A DNA stretch of 59,712 nucleotides, counting the filler, from Sphacelaria rigidula (Eukaryota), in assembly GCA_964200075.2 (NCBI GenBank). It is 5 parts of 5 records of this genome, joined end to end, with 100 filler letters (N's around TTAATTAATTAA, not from the genome) between each part and the next. Parts side by side here need not be neighbours in the genome. Positions count along the whole stretch, not along the records: positions 1 to 11,864 come from CAXNAA020004405.1; 4 more parts are not named here. The stretch is one strand, 5' to 3'. Below are positions 1-11,964 of the stretch, one piece after another. A program made the translations under genes and the position numbers. The stretch's first letter is position 1. Every line of letters begins with the position of its first letter. Below the pieces are notes generated by a model. That model was not told where the DNA came from. It saw nothing but the letters and a program-made list of their open reading frames with translations, and ran no database searches.

Positions 1-874
1 CTATATACCGCTTCTTCATCCCCGCCCACTACATACATGTTGACTGCATCCTGCAAGTCATTGGCAGAGGGATAAGCAGAACTCATAACAGTTGCTCCTT
101 TTGTCTTTCCACAGCCCACCTGGTTTTAGGGCGTGGTGAAAATGACCACATGGTAGCATGTACACTCCTTCCCGGCTTTTCCGGTCGACCCTGTGTTAGT
201 GTAAACTTTTACGTTTTAGTAGGGGATTGAGACCCAAAAAACCCACCGGAAAGCTCTGGAACGGTATACTGAGTGCAAGTCATATCATATAACCAAGCTC
301 CGACCGCCCTGCGCTTGGAAACCTGCGAAGGCTTATCTGGGCCAGGGATAGGGTCTCCACACGATCTTTACATTGGCATCATACTCGCCAACAACCCCAG
401 GACTGGTCGCTCGGGTCTGGTCGATAAGTTTCGCCTCGCCGTGATTGGGCAGGTCGCTCGAAGACTTGTTTTTTTTATTATTTCACTAACACAGGGTCAA
501 CCCTGTGTTGGTGGGGGGTCGGTCCCAAAAGGGTGAAGCCTTATCTCAATTTCTGAGCTCAATTTTCGAAATTGTGATTCGAAACTCAGGATAAAGCACC
601 ACAGAGGTAAGCTGAATATAAAAGAAAGTGGGCCTTCAGTATTTTCATTTTTTGGGAGAGGTTCGGGCATTCTAGTAAAAAATGGTAGTTTTCATTCTGA
701 AACGCCCTAAAGCAGTGAAGAAGGAAAAATAATCAACCTGACCCACTATATTTCGTCAATTATGCCCTAGCCACGGCCCACTCAAAGTTTCAATACACCA
801 ACACCACACGTGTGCCGGTAAGTGGCCTGCAAAATACTTTTCCGAATTTCTTCTGACCCCGTCAATAAACGTCT

Positions 875-1133
875 CATTCACCGACCAATATTCAGAGTTG
901 GACCCTGAAATTTGGTATGGACAATGAATAGGGCATCATGAAAACAAATAGCAGTGCTCACAAGTTTTGTTTTTTCAAGAGTAAAGGACATTTTACTGAT
1001 AAATACTAAGTGATTATCGCCCTTCACTCATGAAAAAAGAAAAACTTGTGTGCACTGGTATTTGTTTCTATTATGCCCTATTCATTGTCCATACCAAATT
1101 TCAGGATCCAACTCTAATATTGACCGGTGAATG
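875..1133. mobile_element. Foldback/MITE-like long inverted repeat (~115-bp arms)
   Basis: 875-~988 (cattcaccgaccaatattcagagttggaccctgaaatttggtatggacaatgaatagggcat...) is the reverse complement, with scattered mismatches, of ~1020-1133 (...atgccctattcattgtccataccaaatttcaggatccaactctaatattgaccggtgaatg); ~30-nt spacer. Confidence 0.75.
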
Positions 1134-3256
1134 GGCCTGCAAACTAAAAATTTTCTTCTCGGCTGGCCCAGCTCGTAGCTATTATTTTCAAGCCTCGCTT
1201 GCGAGGGGAAGGCGATAAATGGAAACTCTTAGGCCGTGTCGTATCGAGATGAAAAAAAACGAAACGGGGAAAGGAGCAAGCGTCCAAAAGCAGCCTGTTG
1301 GTTAGTCGGGGCAAGACCCACTCGGCAATCAATCAACATGCTGCGTTTGGACGCTTGTCCTTTTTTCCGCTTTTTTTTGGTCTCGTCAAGATCGAAAATA
1401 AGCAGATGACAGGCATAATAAAGGGGAACTTGACCCTATTATTACTGACCATTACGCCAGATACCACTCTTTCACAGAACCACGTAGGCCCCACACAGTT
1501 CATTCTCCGCTTTCACCGCAACCCTGCTGCATAATGCACGAGTTGAGCACAGGGATACATACACTACCGTATTGCATAACAGCACCATTCAGATGTCGAG
1601 CGACAGGGAGAGTTCATGCTGAAACATGGAGCCGATGATCTCTCGACCAACGCGAGCGCAAGAAAATAATATTCCCGGCTTCACTGTATCTGGTCACTAC
1701 TGCGCCCGTGTGTTCGGACACTGGTTCACTGGCACCGTATCCGTTCGGGAACAGGCACCACCACCCTCTTAGCAGGCATGTCATCTCTTTTTGGAGGGAA
1801 CTGGAGCATCTTACACGGTGGGGCTGGGCGACGGAATTGCGTGGAGGGGTGGGCGACCGAATTACGTAAACGGTCATGGACTGTATGGACAGTACAAAAC
1901 TTCGCGTGGTTCCAAATAATGCATACAGATAGTACAGAGTACTGTACTGTCTGTACTGCACATTGGCCGCTTCGCGAATTTTGTGATCAGGTACCGCTTT
2001 GCGAATTCTACCGCCTCTTCTGGTTCTGCGCTTGTATATTCTCTCGAATCCAAATCGCGCAAAAACGAACGCATTCAAACGAATCAATTTCGGCTCTTTT
2101 TTCCCTTCGTTCGTTTTTTATTTTATCTAACACGCCCTTACGAGATTTTGTAAGTGTGACCGTGACATGGTTGGCCGTGTTGAACACATCACCGGTGCAA
2201 AATAAATGATGACACCTTCAAAAAGTCCAATGACCAAAGAGTTATGCCCCTGTGTTTGATGTTTGTGCCAGGCCCGCTTCGAAAGCACGACAAACACGAT
2301 AACGTTCTGAACATAATCGGCATAGCTGGAACGGCCATTTCCCTTCTGCACGTCGAAATTTGAAGCTCTGTTCAACTCCTGGTGTAGCATGAGTCATGGC
2401 CAGAAATGATAGAAAGTGTCTAGAAACAAAGTCTTACGGTGTTGACAAATCACGGCCGTACACGTGACTTGTCTCACGTTTTTGTTCACAACTCGACAAC
2501 CGCAATGCGGGCGTATGCGAGATCAAGGTGCTTGACCTAGCGGCCATAACGTTTGCAATACGCGGCTTGCATGAGCTGTTCCTCCCCCACTGTTCGCTGA
2601 GCTGCGATTTGTGCACACATATGACATCAACGTGCCGGCACTACAATATTGAAGAGTCAAGTCTGTAACCGCCAAGAAGTGTCGTTTGATTGTCAAGGAA
2701 GTGCCGTTTAAGCAGCGAACACCCTGAGGCCGACGCCTGGATATGAAATTATCCTGCTTGCCTGGCCTGGTTTTGGGGATGATGTTACTCTCAAGACCAC
2801 CGGAATTTCTCTGAAGAGAAACAAAAAGTAGTCCAAAAGTTTCCGGTTAGGAATGTACCGGGGGAGAGACGGGTTGATCCCTCAAGACTTTGGACTCTCC
2901 CAGAGCAAAGGGCTGCGGACTCGTCCCGAGGAAGGATGAGAGGTTAAAAATGATAAAAAAAAGAGGAAGAAAAATACCAAAAGACACGCTTGGTTGGTGT
3001 TACTGGGTACAGTTAGTCACCGTCACCACTGCGGGGGGGGGGGAGGGTATATTGCTACCGTAACTGTACCTAAAACTGTCCCAAAAGTGTTCAGGTTTAC
3101 CTGAACGTGACCCATCGTTTACCTCTATTTTGTATATTCCTTGTTGTTAGAAATTATATTTCTATTCCCCTGCTCACATGGCGTCTGCATCGATCGCTAT
3201 GCAAAACTGTCGGGGTTCGCTGATCGGCTTGCCCTGCGTCGCAACGGCCGTCGCAG

Positions 3257-6200
3257 GAGATGTTGCACGAGCGGACGCACGTGCTGGCCAAGAGGCAGAA
3301 GCTGGTGGGGCTTAGTGTCGGAGGCAGACCTGCCGCAGACGACTGCCCTCTGGAGAAAATCCGGCTCAAGACTCCGCACCGCTTCATACTCATGGGCACA
3401 CCAGAGGTGCGTGCGGAGCCAATCCGGTACCTGCAGTGAAAAATCGGGTCTCAGAATTACAATTGAGAAACTGCGGATCACAATGTTCAAAGTATACGGC
3501 ATACGGTGCACAGATTGGAGCTTCAGTTGTCTTCCACTCTGGAAGATGAAAACACAGGCAAGAAATGAACAGTTATATCGGGGAAAGTTTGAAGGAGTCG
3601 GGGATCCGGTTCTCCGCCTTGGATGCAAAACACGACCCACAAACATTAACCGTACTGCGTAGCACCCAAGCTTTCCTTCATCAATCTGCTAAACGGACAA
3701 ATCAAACCTCCAGCAACCGAAGCAAGATATACACGCAGTAGTAGAGTACGGCTCAGTACAGTTGTGCATATGCTAGTGAGTGCTGCTGGCTCAACCCTCC
3801 GGGCGCCGGAAGTCTCGAATCGTCCCTAGATCACAAACAAAAAACGCGCGGAAATCGGCGCCTTTGGCCATATTGAATACGCCATGTTACGCGGGTGGGG
3901 AGTTCGGGACCCGAATTTCTACGGGAGAGGGTGCTATCGGGGGTAAGTTAGTGGTATGGAAGTACACTAAAACCAAGATAGACCCAGATGGCCCTTTTTG
4001 CTTGCTACTTGAGTAAGGCGATCTGACAATTCCAGCGATTGGGGACGAATCGAGCGCATTTGCACATTTTTGCGACGTACGTCCAACGTGACAATTGCCT
4101 CATTATTGGTGCCACGGGCTTGTGCACGAGTCCTTCATTAAAATCCCCAGTACAACTCCGACTGGATGGGAGCGACGACGGAGAACACTGTGCGGTGTCT
4201 TGTCTCGTATTCCCCAACGGTGACCCTCAGTAGTTCATCGCCCACGCTTCGTCGCACAACACATCGCCCTGGTAAAACACAGGCCAGCAATGACCTCTGG
4301 CCAGCGGTTGTTGGGTCACCATCGCTAATCTTCTCCTTTGCGCCGCCGCTTGCACCTCGTTTCCAGTATGTAATGTCTGCAGACCGCTGCCTCACTGCAC
4401 GCAAACTGTCATCTTCATCCTGCTGTATGCAGGCAGTACAGTCAGTACTGTAGTGTCTGCACTGCACGCTATTCGACTCTGTTTTATATTCTTCTCCATG
4501 CCGACTGTACAAGCAGTACCGTACTATCTGTACGGCACGTTGTTCAAATATTTTCTAGTACAGTACATGGCTGCACATATGCCGCGGGACTGTGAGCCGA
4601 AACGTCGTGCCGGAACGAGGCCCAGCGCTCGGAAGATGATGTATCATTTTTTTTCAGTTTTAGCGAGTACTCGCCGGAATGGAAAGCACGTGGAGGGTTC
4701 TGGCAAAGTATTAGAACAATGAGGCGCGTAGCATTTTTGAACGCTCAGAGTATGTAGATGAGTCCTCCCTACAGTTATTCGTGTATCTCCAGCTCGTCCT
4801 TCGGCCGCAAACTGTGCTGTCCACGGAGACTGCAGGTGTAATGTCGAACTATTTGCGCATCGTAAAGTCACCAAGCCCCCACAGCTCGCAAGGAAACTCG
4901 CGAAAGAGGATGTACAAGTGGCGGGATGCTGAAAATTGAAAAAAAAAATACTCAACCGATCCGCCCCCTCTGACAGCCAAACTTGGTACTTTAATTCCTC
5001 CAGGGTTGAAGAGAGAGCACCTGAAAGCACGCAAGAAATGATCGCCTGGCTCTCAGCGTACGCCCTCTTTTCTTTTAGATCCGTTGACAACCATACATTT
5101 TTCGGAATCTTCATGTCTGCTTTTGTTTTTCTGTTGTCCCCTGGAAATAACGTGGAAAACGGGAACTGCACGGTTTTACTGTTGACCTTTTCGGCTAACC
5201 TCCTACGTTCCTCATGTTCATCTCACTGCCATGACAGCACAGTGAAGGCGCCCGGTATTACCATCACTCCCGAACACGGTTAAAAAATTGTCTGCGAAAC
5301 GGTCGAGTTATTTTCCTTGCGGTATCGTGAACGTGCGTGCCCGAAATCGCATTTTGATAACTGGCATTGCTGGTTTTCGAGGGCGCAAAGCCTTTACAAC
5401 GGGAGTTGGGCAACGACCACGAAGATAAGAAACGACGAAAACTGTACTGAAATTGCGCCAAAACGAGAAAAAAGAAAAGAAAATCGAGGATATGCTCGGG
5501 GGGGAAAAAATCAGCAAAAATGGGTATAAGTGGTTTTGAGTCTGCATTACAGAATGATTCCGGCGTGTCCGCCTGTCTTCGATCCGAAGCCCTCGCGATG
5601 TGTGGCACGATGTTGTCTCTGTTGACCGTTGCGTCTCTCTGGCTTCACCCTGCCGCGACCTGACAGTGTTTTATCTTCGTCCCTGTACCTGGCGTGTGTA
5701 GGCGGAAATTTTCGTCGACCCGGGAGAAAAGGAAGACCTACCTGATGTTTTCGACGGTGGGTTAATTTCATGTCCATGCTTGTTGTGCTGCCATTCGCTG
5801 TTGATTGTTCTCGTTTTCATTTCGGTGGTAGTTTCGGCTGGTGAATGTATCTTCGTTCTTGTTTAGTCGCTGTACGTTTATTTTTTTATTTTTTATTCGC
5901 CTGTAGTTCTTGTTTTGATGTACACAATGTCGGGACGCACCCTTGGTATCATCTGTATCCAGGTTACTGTTGTGCCGTTTGTTATCTTGAAATGGTTGTG
6001 CGATATTTCGGCTCTTCTCGATCATACAGACTTCGATCTGGACGTGTCGCACGCAAGCGACGAATGGAGACACGCCATCGAGAACTCGGAAAATTTAATT
6101 AAATTCTCCGAAAAAACTGAGGTAAGGTTCACATGTCTGCCTTCACCTAACAAAACTGTACATGGGGAGATATCTTCGGTGTTTCATTTTGCGTGGGTCA

Positions 6201-6508
6201 AGTGCGTCTCCCCCCCCTTCCCCCCCCCAGCTGGTATTTCCCGAACTTGTGGATAGGATGAAGTCGTCTTTCCGGGGTGTGGTTACACCTGATATTGCCA
6301 TACCTTTGTGTTGCAAACAGGTGCCATCTAGGACTTGTGTTGCCCAAAACTAGTGGCATCTAGCGTTGCTGAGACTGTTGAGCAGGAGCTATGTCTCTAG
6401 TGGACGCATGTGTTTACTCGGTAGCGTTGTGCGTTTCACCGCGTCGCGGAAGGAGTACTCTCCTCCCGGGCCTGGTTGGTTGCACTCCGTCAGAATAAGC
6501 ACAATTCC

Positions 6509-6564
<56 letters not shown>

Positions 6565-9500
6565 CTTTCGGCCTTCCTCCTGCCCAGCAGTAATGTCGAG
6601 ACCAGGTGACGCCAATTTCGACCGTACATTGCTTTCCTTTTTCGTGCCAACGTTTCGTTTTTGTTCTTTCAGCTTCATTTCATCAACCCACCAAGGGACG
6701 GGAAAGCCCTGCTTGTGCTGGACTTGGATCACACGCTGCTGGACTTCACCTCGAGGGTGAGCGTGTGAGCGTGCTTCCCCTTTCAACGCTGTCGGGTTTT
6801 CAACATTGAATCCCGCGGAGCACACGTGATGTGAATCGTTTAGATCGCAGACACCATCTCAGATACCCTGTTGGCGTTTTCAGTCAAGCTCCAGCCGGTT
6901 CTCTCTCTGCGCGCGTTCTACAGTATGGGTCTCTGTCGCCCCCCCCCCTCCTCCAAGATTGGTACTAGGACTAGGAACGGTTCTCCGTCTGGAAAGGGAT
7001 GCTTGGTCCATGGTCAAACGACCAATGCAAGCAACAGATGAGTACGCCCCACCCCCCCGCCCTTGGCCTGGTTACCGTTTTGTTCTTTGCGCGCTTGCGT
7101 TTTTTTGCGGTAACCATGATGGTAGTCGAGCTAGATCATGTTGTGCGGCGTGGGGAAACTTCAACTACGCACAATGGGGATAATCGTACCGCGTAGTATT
7201 TGAGACACCAATGAGGCAGTGTATAAGCCATGGCTGTCTCTTAATGTGGCGAAAGCAGGAAATGAAGCAACTCAATGCAGGCTGTCATCCAAATGCAAGA
7301 TAATCAGTGGGCTTCGGGTCGAACAATCTTGGCAGGACGTAGTTCACCCTTCATGCGACTCGCCGAACACACCACCACGCTTCGCGCTTGGTGGTTTGAG
7401 TGCGAGCCTGGTCTGGCGAAAACCCGGCGTGCTCCATCCCGGCTTTATGGGGATGCGAGGTCAATGGTCACATGCCTATGGCATGCATGATCATGAGTAC
7501 ATCCCCGCACCCTCAACATTGATGACCATGAGTTGCTGTACTCTACCGCAGCCGGGGGAGATATCTGACAGCTTCACGACCACCGCTGGGTTCGCATAGG
7601 GTGATACATGGAGACCCAAACTGAGCTTGGTCAGGAGATGGCACATGACAAACTACGTATCCAACACCCATCAGCGAACCGTTGTGTAGAGAACTCTGAC
7701 ATCATTTCAGTTCAATTGAGCCACAAAACATGTGGTGCGAGGACGGTAAAGAGCAGCGTCTTTGCCTGCAGATTTCACATCTCGGCTTCAACGTTTCCTG
7801 TTCACCCCCTGCTGTACACATTCCACGAAAACACAAAACACAGGATACGACTCTCCCAGAGCAGATGAAGCGGCCGCACATGGACGCGTTTCTTACGGCG
7901 GTGTACGAATACTATGACCTGTGCGTATGGAGTCAGACATCATGGCGATGGCTTGAGCTTAAACTCACGGAGCTCGGTTTTTTGAGTAACCCCAACTACA
8001 GGTGGAATGTATACGAGAGCTGCTTGCCTGTAAGTGATGTGAAATTTTAATCTCGGGGGGATGTCGGCGTAAACAGGTGAACACGCGAAATTGCAAGGAA
8101 ATTGTTCGAGGAAGAACCGTTTATCGTTGAGGAAAAAGCCATTCGTTAATACGCGAGTGTAACATCGTGCGAGATATCGCTTTAGCTGAAGGCCTGCTAT
8201 CCACAGTGCAGTATGTCTGTGCAGCGCGCAGCGTTCGGAATCAGATTCGAGCGCTTTGTGAAGCAGCAGCGCGACACCCTCCCCTGACTGATGTGAACAC
8301 GCACGACATGATCCGGGCAGGATATGCACGGTGTTGGACAAGACGTCCATGTTTGGGGTTACGAGTACGCTCAAGGGCGGAGAGCAACGCCACCATCAGG
8401 TTAGACAAGTTCGTGCATCCGCCCGACGTTAGCGCTGGAGGTGGCCGTTTATACCACCCTCAAATGACGATAAGAGTATCGGAGAGCTTAGTTTTCGCCA
8501 TCGCCGAAATATTTGATGAACATCGCCGCTGCAAACCCTTTCTTATCATGTCACTTGTGATCTCAACTAGCTGAAAGTTCATGTATTTTTCATGTGTCAC
8601 CGATATTGGGGGTCAAGTTGGGGTCTGTCTCATCACAGTACCGTCGCAACTCGAGTCTTTGTTCACTGCGCGGCCTTCATGAAGTCGAACTCGTTCGCGC
8701 AATGTTGCTTGATACGAAAAGTTTGGCGATCATTAAAGGAGGAAAACGCATTCGCAGGCTCATGTTCCGGCTAGTTGGGCGCGATCTGGTCGGCCATCAC
8801 TTGTTGCTGGGGATTTATTACCGGGGACACTTTCCCGTCGCGCCTCGGTGCATGTAGTGTAGGTACACCAATGGCCAACCAGGGCGGAGGGTTGCAGGTT
8901 CGACTCCAGACATGCATGAGTTAACTCGAGCACAGACAGCGGCGCCCGCCCACAAGAGCCAGTCTTTCGTGGTACTTTATTGAAATAAATGCTCTGGTTT
9001 ATGTTTTTGAAGACGTGGCGACCTGACTAGCAACGGAAAGTTGACGAATCGACGAGGCGCGCGGGTGCTGGTCCTATTTTCGATACCACAATGTAAGGTA
9101 TGTCCCATCGGAGATATGGGTATATCTCTTGAGACCACGGACCCGTGCCGGGAAAAGTGGATAGGGGTCAACAGCCTGCCGAGGATGAAAGATGACCAGC
9201 GCAGTTTCTCGTTCCTGTTGATGAATGTGCCGTGGTGACAAGGGATCTAAAGGGTTGGTGACCGTGTTGTGATGACGAGGGTTCTAGCGAGTTGATGACC
9301 CGAGTTCGTCCCAGAACAAACTATGCCGTGCAATCCTCAGCCACCCCCCAAACATGTGCTTGAGATAGGCGAGAACAAGCGTCAAAACCAGACAGTTTCC
9401 TGCATCGAAGTCACTCTTATGCTTCGATCGTCTTGTTCCCATGCCCCCCCCCCCCCCCCCCCCCCACCCCACCCCCCCCCCCCCCCGCCCACCCCCCCAC

Positions 9501-10362
9501 CCACCAACGGGGTAGCGACCACACNNNNNNNNNNCAAACCTTTTCCTTCACCGAAATCTCCCTTTTTCTTCTGTCGCCTTTTTCCCAAACCCCCCCCCCC
9601 CCCCTGAATCAACGAAACCTCACCGTTCGCAGGTGAAACCGCTCAAAATATTGTGGGATAAACATCCTCGCTGGAACGCAAAAAACACGCTTCACGTGGA
9701 TGATCTCGCGAGGAACTTCGCTCTGAATCCCAAGTGAGCAGTGCTACTGATTCAAACTTGCACGGAACAGGGTCATGCAGCAAATATGCGATTGCTTTTT
9801 AGGGGGTCATGATCGAGGGAAATCCCGAGGGGTACCGCGGATGCCGTTCGTTTTTCAAGTAGTTTGCCCAGAATGTCGCCTACTTCTCACGAGCCTAGTT
9901 AGTCGTCGGTGCGACCTGAGCTTAGCTGCAGCGATACTCATCCTTCAACGGTTTTGCAGCAAGGCTTGATTGCGCTGGACTGTTTCGTCGGGTAAACACC
10001 ACCACCTGAGCGACGGGATTGGCGCGTCGCGCGCTTGACAATATATTCGATTTTTTCGTGGCACGGGGTTGAGCAGCCTGCGTGTTTCCAAATAGCTTCT
10101 ACTCTCTGTACACACTACACTGTGGTGAGCACGGTTTAGATTCAATCACGAGCATCCATCCCCTCCCTCTCTGGCGGAATTCCCTGTTGTTGGCAGATGC
10201 GGCGTGAAGGTCAAGGCTTTCAAAAGAAAAAGTAGCAGCGCGTCAACAGACGATGAACTCATGCTTTTGGCCCGCTACCTGTGCCTGGTGGCCAAGCGAG
10301 AAGATGGCTGGGAAGGGCTTGACCACATGGACTGGAAACGCGAACTCAGAAGGATGGGATGA
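3257..10362 (+). CDS. UBLCP1: Ubiquitin-like domain-containing CTD phosphatase 1 (HAD subfamily IIID), 5'-partial, 8 exons
   Basis: GT-AG, phase-consistent exons: 3257-3406 (EMLHERTHVLAKRQKLVGL...FILMGTPE, UBL domain), 5702-5756 (AEIFVDPGEKEDLPDVFD), 6030-6121 (DFDLDVS...KFSEKTE), 6673-6756 (LHFINPPRDGKALLVLDLDHTLLDF, HAD DxDxT motif), 7844-8001 (MKRPHMDAFLTAVYEYYDLCVWSQTSWRWLELKLTELG), 8321-8399 (ICTVLDKTSMF), 9633-9733 (VKPLKILW...NTLHVDDLARNFALNP), 10197-10362 (CGVKVKAF...DELMLLARYL...LDHMDWK, TGA stop). Collinear with animal/plant UBLCP1 as recalled. First exon/ATG not located. Confidence 0.95.
6511..6563. repeat. (GT)n microsatellite in a UBLCP1 intron
   Basis: Perfect GT run. Similar (GT)/(CA)n runs at ~53080-53138, ~53902-53934 and ~59456-59489. 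Confidence 0.95.
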
Positions 10363-11864
10363 TGCGCGGCTCAAACGGTCGTCTCCATGGTTGTAGTCGA
10401 AATACTTTTAGGTTGTACATGGTGCGTGTTTTCACTGTGTGTTGTTTACCCCTACATTGAATGACATGTTGTAGTTTATCTCCCTAGATGTGATGAGTCA
10501 GCAGAACTATTCGTTGCTTTGTTAGAGGAGAAAGTGAAGCGTTGTATTTGAGTTAGCGTGTGTTCATAAGCCTTCGAAGTGAGTGATCGACCAAAAATAC
10601 ATCTGTTGGAAGGTGTAAAAGCGCTCGCCTGGATACCACTAGCCTGAATCTAGCTATTGCATTATCAGTTGTGCTTGTGTCGTACGGCACAACGGGTGAG
10701 GGAAGATGGTGTGAATGCTGCATTTAGCACACATTTCCGCCACCTCCATTGCTACAAGCTGGGCACCCAGCCAATCAGAGCGCCATGACCCTCAACAAGA
10801 GGCATAAAACATGTTCCACGTAGCAGATGAAAGGGCCCGATACAGCTGGCCGTGCGGATCCCACCCGTGGTGGCTACCTGCCAGTACGAACCTATTCCGA
10901 ATTTGTGCCGCTGGAAAATTCTCTCGCATGCTCTCCGGCGGAGCGTAGCATCGTGAGCCCTGTTGCAAAGCTATTCCTCTTGGTACAGGTGTACGTCTAA
11001 GCATATCCGTGAATTAAACTTTCATATGCCAACTCTCCTACAGTGAAGAAATCCCCGGATGCATCGCAATCACAGGCTGTCAAAACTGCGTTCTGATACA
11101 TACAGCAAATGGTCCAAAGTTGACTGTTGCTGGTGATTCCCGAGGTATATTTTTGTCCTATTTTTTTTATCAAACGGTAGAACTGATGATACTGAGTGGG
11201 GCCGACTCCAAAATAGTGCCCTCGTCCGTGGCGGTTTTCGCCAACGCACGGTGTCGGTCTATTCTTCCAATCATGTGTGTATGTAGTTGGAAAAATCGAA
11301 TTGTTTAGTTTTTACAGAGGTTGCGAAATGTGGTACATGTTGCCACGCCAGGCGACCTCTGTGCAGACGCCAGCCAGTCTAGTAGAGTGACGAAAGCTAG
11401 CTATGAACGGGTTTGCCCGCCGTACTGCCGCCAGCGTTGCTTGAAAGCCACAAGACCTTCACGGTCGGCGGTTGATGGCGTGGGTGTCAAATGCAACGAC
11501 AAGTGGTTGATCATAGAGCACCCTTGTTCTTCTTGGGGTCATATCTCGCCCCAGGTTGTAATGCGTGACCTCCTCACATCGGAATTAATTCTTGGAAGTT
11601 ACTGTACCGAGGTCTTCACGCAGCCAGCGCGTGCTCCAGATTGCAGCATGGACGCACCCCTCTGCACCACGCACCAGCAACGGTTAGATCACCAACATCG
11701 GTATCTTTTTTCACTCCGCATGTCAACGAGGTCTTCACAAGTGTTTGATATCTCATACCCCCCCCTACTCCCCAACCATGACCATGACCCATGAGGCAGT
11801 GTATAAGCCGTGGCTGTCTCTGGAAGTGGCGATACCACAGAATAAAGCAACCAATTGTTGAGAT

Positions 11865-11964
11865 NNNNNNNNNNNNNNNNNNNNNNNNNNNNNNNNNNNN
11901 NNNNNNNNTTAATTAATTAANNNNNNNNNNNNNNNNNNNNNNNNNNNNNNNNNNNNNNNNNNNN
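11865..11964. other. Artificial 100-nt contig spacer (N44-TTAATTAATTAA-N44)
   Basis: Identical spacers at 11865-11964, 23828-23927, 35790-35889 and 47752-47851; the central 12-mer gives stops in all six frames. Confidence 0.97.

Noticed and set aside
11909-11920. Regularly spaced TTAATTAATTAA motif as a biological element
   Set aside because: It is embedded in N-runs and identical at all four joins: a synthetic six-frame-stop linker.
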